Part shown: positions 60,752 to 64,000 of the stretch, in pieces
Layout: each line of letters starts with the position of its first letter
Numbering within the stretch: position 1 is the first letter of the stretch
Assembly (NCBI GenBank): GCA_964626685.1
Contig: CAZVJY010000001.1
Coordinates: 173,881-237,880, forward strand
Origin: an uncultured Flavobacteriaceae bacterium
Lineage (GTDB): Bacteria > Bacteroidota > Bacteroidia > NS11-12g > UBA955
Direction of reading: 5' to 3'
DNA length: 64,000 bases
Notes under the pieces: model-generated
What the model was told of the DNA's origin: nothing
The model's database searches: none
What the model saw: only the letters and a program-made list of their open reading frames with translations
Program-made: the position numbers and the translations under genes

Positions 60752-62106
60752 GGCTGGTCAAAACTTTGTAAATCGTATCTCTTAAATCTGAGTTTTTTAC
60801 TGCCTTCCGGAGCAGCTGCATCCCTCACCAGAAAAGGCATATTGGCATAGGCAACCTTGTTTTTATAGTGTATAGTTACAAACAAACGGTACGCGCCGGA
60901 CTGGCGGGGTGCTTTGAACTGCAGTTCAAAATCGTTGGCTTTTTTAATAAACCCGCTTATTTCAGATGCCTCATTTTCAAGATCGCCACCGGCTTTTTTA
61001 TCATCGCTTTCTGCGAGCATTTTCCATTCTATTCTGTAACTGCGCGGACTATTGCTTTCCTCCGCTGTGGCCCTCAGCAGGACTGCTTTCACCAGTGCAC
61101 TGTTCAAAGAACCCGCATCAACCGTAATATTATCTGAGGCTACTTTTGAATTGATGAACAGTCCGTTTACTGAGGGGGTGGGGGTTACAGGCCATTTACC
61201 ATTCCACAGCCTGTATAAATTGTCTATTGCCTCGGTTTGTTTGTTTTCTTTTGTAAACAGGCCGTACCATGTGAGGGTATACTCCTGTTTTTGTCCCCAT
61301 AAAAACACATAGGAACCAATACAATGCTGGCTATCCGCCTTAATGTACTTTATATACCGATCCCAGTACACATCGGCTTTTTCGCGGCTAGTTTGCTCGA
61401 TTGCCGCATTCCAGGATGTTACCGGCGATTCCCAGTGTCCATTGGGCCCCCATTCGGTTATCATGTAAGGACCGTTCCAGCCAAACCGTCCTATGTTTTT
61501 GGGTACACCAGCAATATCACCGTAGGTATTTATACCATAAACATCAATATCAGGAGCTTTTTCGAGAATATGCTGTACCTCCATGGAATCCAGTCCTGCC
61601 GTGACGGTACAGGTGGGATGGTTGGGGTCCGTTTCGTGTATATATTTTGCTATAGCCTGAATGCTATGCCACACTTTGGTATTGCTGTAAAACAGATCCA
61701 CCTCATTGCCAATACCCCACATCAACAGGGCGGGATGGTTTTTATAGCGGTCCACCACCGATTTAAAATGCTGTATTTGTTTCTGTACAGCCAGATTATT
61801 ATCGTAGTCAAATCCGTGGCGCTCATGCTGCACCCACATTCCAAGCATCACCATTAATCCTTTGCTATAGGCCTCATCCAATATGCGCTGCGCATCGTCT
61901 ATTCCCCAGGTGCGGATGGTATTGCCGCCACAATCTACGAGCAGGTCAAGCTGAACCGTTCCTCCGGCGCCTTTGATGTAATAGGGCTGTCCGTTCTTTA
62001 GCAATTGCCACTGCCCGTTTTTTTGGACAACCTTAATCATGGCAGGCTGCGCTAACACTGGAAGGTGTGCCGCAATGAAAATTAATATGAATGCAATTAC
62101 TCTCAC
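60748..62106 (-). CDS. Clan GH-A TIM-barrel glycoside hydrolase, GH158-like (endo-beta-1,3-glucanase), often annotated GH2 TIM barrel
   Basis: YYIKGAGG, GGNTIRTW, HPALLMWGIGNE (acid/base), YMITEWGP (nucleophile), C-terminal Ig GAYRLF. Confidence 0.72.
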   Translation of the reverse strand: MRVIAFILIFIAAHLPVLAQPAMIKVVQKNGQWQLLKNGQPYYIKGAGGTVQLDLLVDCGGNTIRTWGIDDAQRILDEAYSKGLMVMLGMWVQHERHGFDYDNNLAVQKQIQHFKSVVDRYKNHPALLMWGIGNEVDLFYSNTKVWHSIQAIAKYIHETDPNHPTCTVTAGLDSMEVQHILEKAPDIDVYGINTYGDIAGVPKNIGRFGWNGPYMITEWGPNGHWESPVTSWNAAIEQTSREKADVYWDRYIKYIKADSQHCIGSYVFLWGQKQEYTLTWYGLFTKENKQTEAIDNLYRLWNGKWPVTPTPSVNGLFINSKVASDNITVDAGSLNSALVKAVLLRATAEESNSPRSYRIEWKMLAESDDKKAGGDLENEASEISGFIKKANDFELQFKAPRQSGAYRLFVTIHYKNKVAYANMPFLVRDAAAPEGSKKLRFKRYDLQSFDQP

Positions 62107-62801
62107 TACAGGATACCCCCTTCAAAGCCCAGCTGCTTGGCTTTTGCAGCGTTGTAACGATAGAGCATGGCAGGTCGGTGTGTAACATTTTTCTGAAGCC
62201 TACCCGTTTCTTCTATAATACCTGATGACAAAATCTTTTTTCTAAAGTTTCTTACATCAAATTCTTCTTCCAGAATACTTTCATGAATAAACTGCAGTTC
62301 CGTCAGGGTAAAATATTTGGGCAACAGTTCAAATACCAGCGGCTGCGTGCGGATTCGGTTTTTCAGCAAACGGCGGGCGTATTCAAGAATATCGCGGTGA
62401 TCGAATGGCAGCTTCGGAATTTCCGTAACCTTGAACCATGCTACATCCTTGGCCCAGGAGGCTGCCTGTGGATGGTAGTTTTCTACCTTTATCAGGGCAA
62501 AATAAGCAATGGTAAAAACCCTGCCAAACGGGTGTCTGTCCACACTGCCGAATGTTTGTATCTGCTCCATGTAAACCTGATCCAGACCAGTGAGCTGTTT
62601 AAGCACCTTTTCGGCGGAGTATTCCAGATCCATTTCGGGGGCAATCAGATCACCGGGCAAAGCCCAAGAACCGGTAAAAGGTTCCGAACCGCGTGAAATG
62701 AGAAGTACTTTCAATCCATCGGCGTCGAATCCAAATACCACATTGTCTACAGAAACCGCAACATTGAAGTATTGCTTGAGTGTTTTCTTGAGATTTTTCA
62801 T
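62106..62801 (-). CDS. NrtR-family NUDIX-wHTH transcriptional regulator (beta-glucan locus)
   Basis: SVDNVVFG, WALPG, TFGSVDRHP, LPFDH, FTLTELQ, DVRNFRKK, HRPAMLYRY. Confidence 0.9.
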   Translation of the reverse strand: MKNLKKTLKQYFNVAVSVDNVVFGFDADGLKVLLISRGSEPFTGSWALPGDLIAPEMDLEYSAEKVLKQLTGLDQVYMEQIQTFGSVDRHPFGRVFTIAYFALIKVENYHPQAASWAKDVAWFKVTEIPKLPFDHRDILEYARRLLKNRIRTQPLVFELLPKYFTLTELQFIHESILEEEFDVRNFRKKILSSGIIEETGRLQKNVTHRPAMLYRYNAAKAKQLGFEGGIL

Positions 62802-62812
62802 TGGGTTTGAAG

Positions 62813-62837
62813 CAAATATATTGTAAAAAGTACAATA
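62813..62837. promoter_or_regulatory. Minus-strand -7 element TATATTTG (62813-62820) overlapped by operator TATTGT-aaaaagt-ACAATA (62819-62837)
   Basis: Palindrome directly upstream of the NrtR-led operon. Confidence 0.78.
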
Positions 62838-63018
62838 ATTACCAATTCCAAAAATGATAAGCCTTTTGGGGTTTTTTGTTTAACATTTTTTCTCAAACTA
62901 AACACTTTGAAACTCTCGGCAAAACAAGAGACTTCGGATCGACTTTGGGGAACAGAATAACCCAGCGGATTATTTTTGGTACAGTTGTTGATATTCTATT
63001 TTCAAAAATTACAAAACC

Positions 63019-63432
63019 ATGAAGAAGATTTTTACCCTCGGATTCGCTGCCATGGCCGCTACTGCCATGCTGGTAGCAGGTATTAAGCAAAACGAGACCA
63101 TCAAATGGAACAAAACCACCCACGATTTCGGAACCGTTAAAATGGGTCCTCCTGCTGATGTAACGTTCACTTTTACCAACAACGGCAAAGCGCCTGTGGT
63201 TATCACTGCTGCACAGCCAAGCTGCGGTTGCACTACACCTACCTACACCAAAACGCCAGTAATGCCTGGCAAAACCGGTGAGGTAAAGGCAAGCTACGGT
63301 ACTGAAGGTCGTCCAGGTTTCTTCCAGAAAACGGTAAAAGTAACTTTTGACAACGGCGGTTCAACCGATCTTACCATCACCGGCACTGTATCTACCGAAA
63401 GCCCTGCCGGCAGCGGAAATCAGCTTAAGTAA
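63019..63432 (+). CDS. DUF1573 domain protein
   Basis: HDFG, FTFTN.G..P..I, SCGCT, PGKTG. Confidence 0.88.
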   Translation: MKKIFTLGFAAMAATAMLVAGIKQNETIKWNKTTHDFGTVKMGPPADVTFTFTNNGKAPVVITAAQPSCGCTTPTYTKTPVMPGKTGEVKASYGTEGRPGFFQKTVKVTFDNGGSTDLTITGTVSTESPAGSGNQLK

Positions 63433-63455
63433 TTCTTTTCAGGTATAGAAGCGTT

Positions 63456-63890
63456 ATGAAAAAGTTCCTTTTCTCTCTCCTGCTTGCCGCTACCATGGGC
63501 AGCGCCGTTGCCCAGGATCAGCCCGCGGCTGCGGCTGCACCTGCAAGCAATGCCAAGGTGAAATTTGAGACCATTACCCACAATTTTGGAAATGTGATTG
63601 AAGGCCAGATTGCCCGCTACGATTTTAAATTCACCAACACAGGCACCGACCCGCTGATACTGAGCAATGTTCAGGCCAGCTGTGGCTGTACTTCTCCCAA
63701 GTGGCCCCGCGAACCTATCGCACCGGGAGCGTCGGCTGTGGTTACCGCTGAATACAACAGCTCGGGCCGCCCCGGCAACTTTACTAAAAATATTTTTGTG
63801 TACAGCAACGGCGGCGATGTAACCCTTACCATTACCGGTATTGTGGTGAAAGAACCCGAAAAACCAAAGTCTGTTATTATCGGAAACTGA
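63456..63890 (+). CDS. DUF1573 domain protein (paralogue)
   Basis: HNFG, FKFTNTG..PLI, SCGCT, GRPGNF.K. Confidence 0.88.
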   Translation: MKKFLFSLLLAATMGSAVAQDQPAAAAAPASNAKVKFETITHNFGNVIEGQIARYDFKFTNTGTDPLILSNVQASCGCTSPKWPREPIAPGASAVVTAEYNSSGRPGNFTKNIFVYSNGGDVTLTITGIVVKEPEKPKSVIIGN

Positions 63891-63896
63891 TATTCC

Positions 63897-63923
63897 AAAG
63901 GCCGGTTCATCCGGCCTTTTTTT
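63897..63923 (+). terminator. Rho-independent terminator
   Basis: aaaggccgg-ttcat-ccggccttt followed by a T-tract. Confidence 0.8.
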
Positions 63924-63927
63924 ATTC

Positions 63928-64000
63928 ATGAAAAACGCATTGTTAACGCTGTCTGTGCTGGTCTTTGGTCATTTTGCCAGAGCACAGGAAACGCATTTAC
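63928..64000 (+). CDS. Start of a secreted protein (truncated by window end)
   Basis: MKNALLTLSVLVFGHFARAQ signal-peptide-like sequence. Confidence 0.5.
   Translation, partial: MKNALLTLSVLVFGHFARAQETHL

Noticed and set aside
52393-62801. Reading the locus as a glucan biosynthesis and export cluster
   Set aside because: No glycosyltransferase is present and the enzymes are hydrolases, including an exo-acting GH3. It is disfavoured, not excluded.
63019-63890. Tandem DUF1573 genes with a CGC motif next to the beta-glucan locus
   Set aside because: Common in Bacteroidota, divergently transcribed and about 180 bp from the operator; no evidence of linkage.

Overview
Bacteroidota chromosomal DNA (SusC/SusD pair, T9SS C-terminal domains, TAnnTTTG -7 promoter elements). 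No rRNA, tRNA, CRISPR array or mobile element was seen. There are three blocks. (1) About 1.5-23.4 kb: an alpha-glucan/maltose utilisation locus (susC, susD, two accessory proteins, four GH13s, GH65 maltose phosphorylase, beta-PGM, BadF-type sugar kinase, MFS transporter, non-catalytic T9SS protein) around a NUDIX-wHTH (NrtR-family) regulator, with four GTGT-N7-ACAC palindromes at its promoters. (2) About 23.5-50.4 kb: mostly housekeeping genes (ftsH, lnt, rsmI, nadK, folA, der, rlmN, mnmH, purS, xseAB and others). (3) About 50.6-62.8 kb: the best candidate for an undescribed system, a predicted beta-1,3-glucan locus with no SusC/SusD. It encodes a second NrtR paralogue, a GH158/GH2-like clan-A glucanase, two diverged paralogous predicted outer-membrane beta-barrels, a surface CBM-like lipoprotein, a periplasmic CBM-like protein, GH3 and GH16, plus a convergent 4-repeat non-catalytic T9SS protein linked by a different operator, TATTGT-N7-ACAATA. 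All family calls come from motif recognition by eye; no database searches were run.
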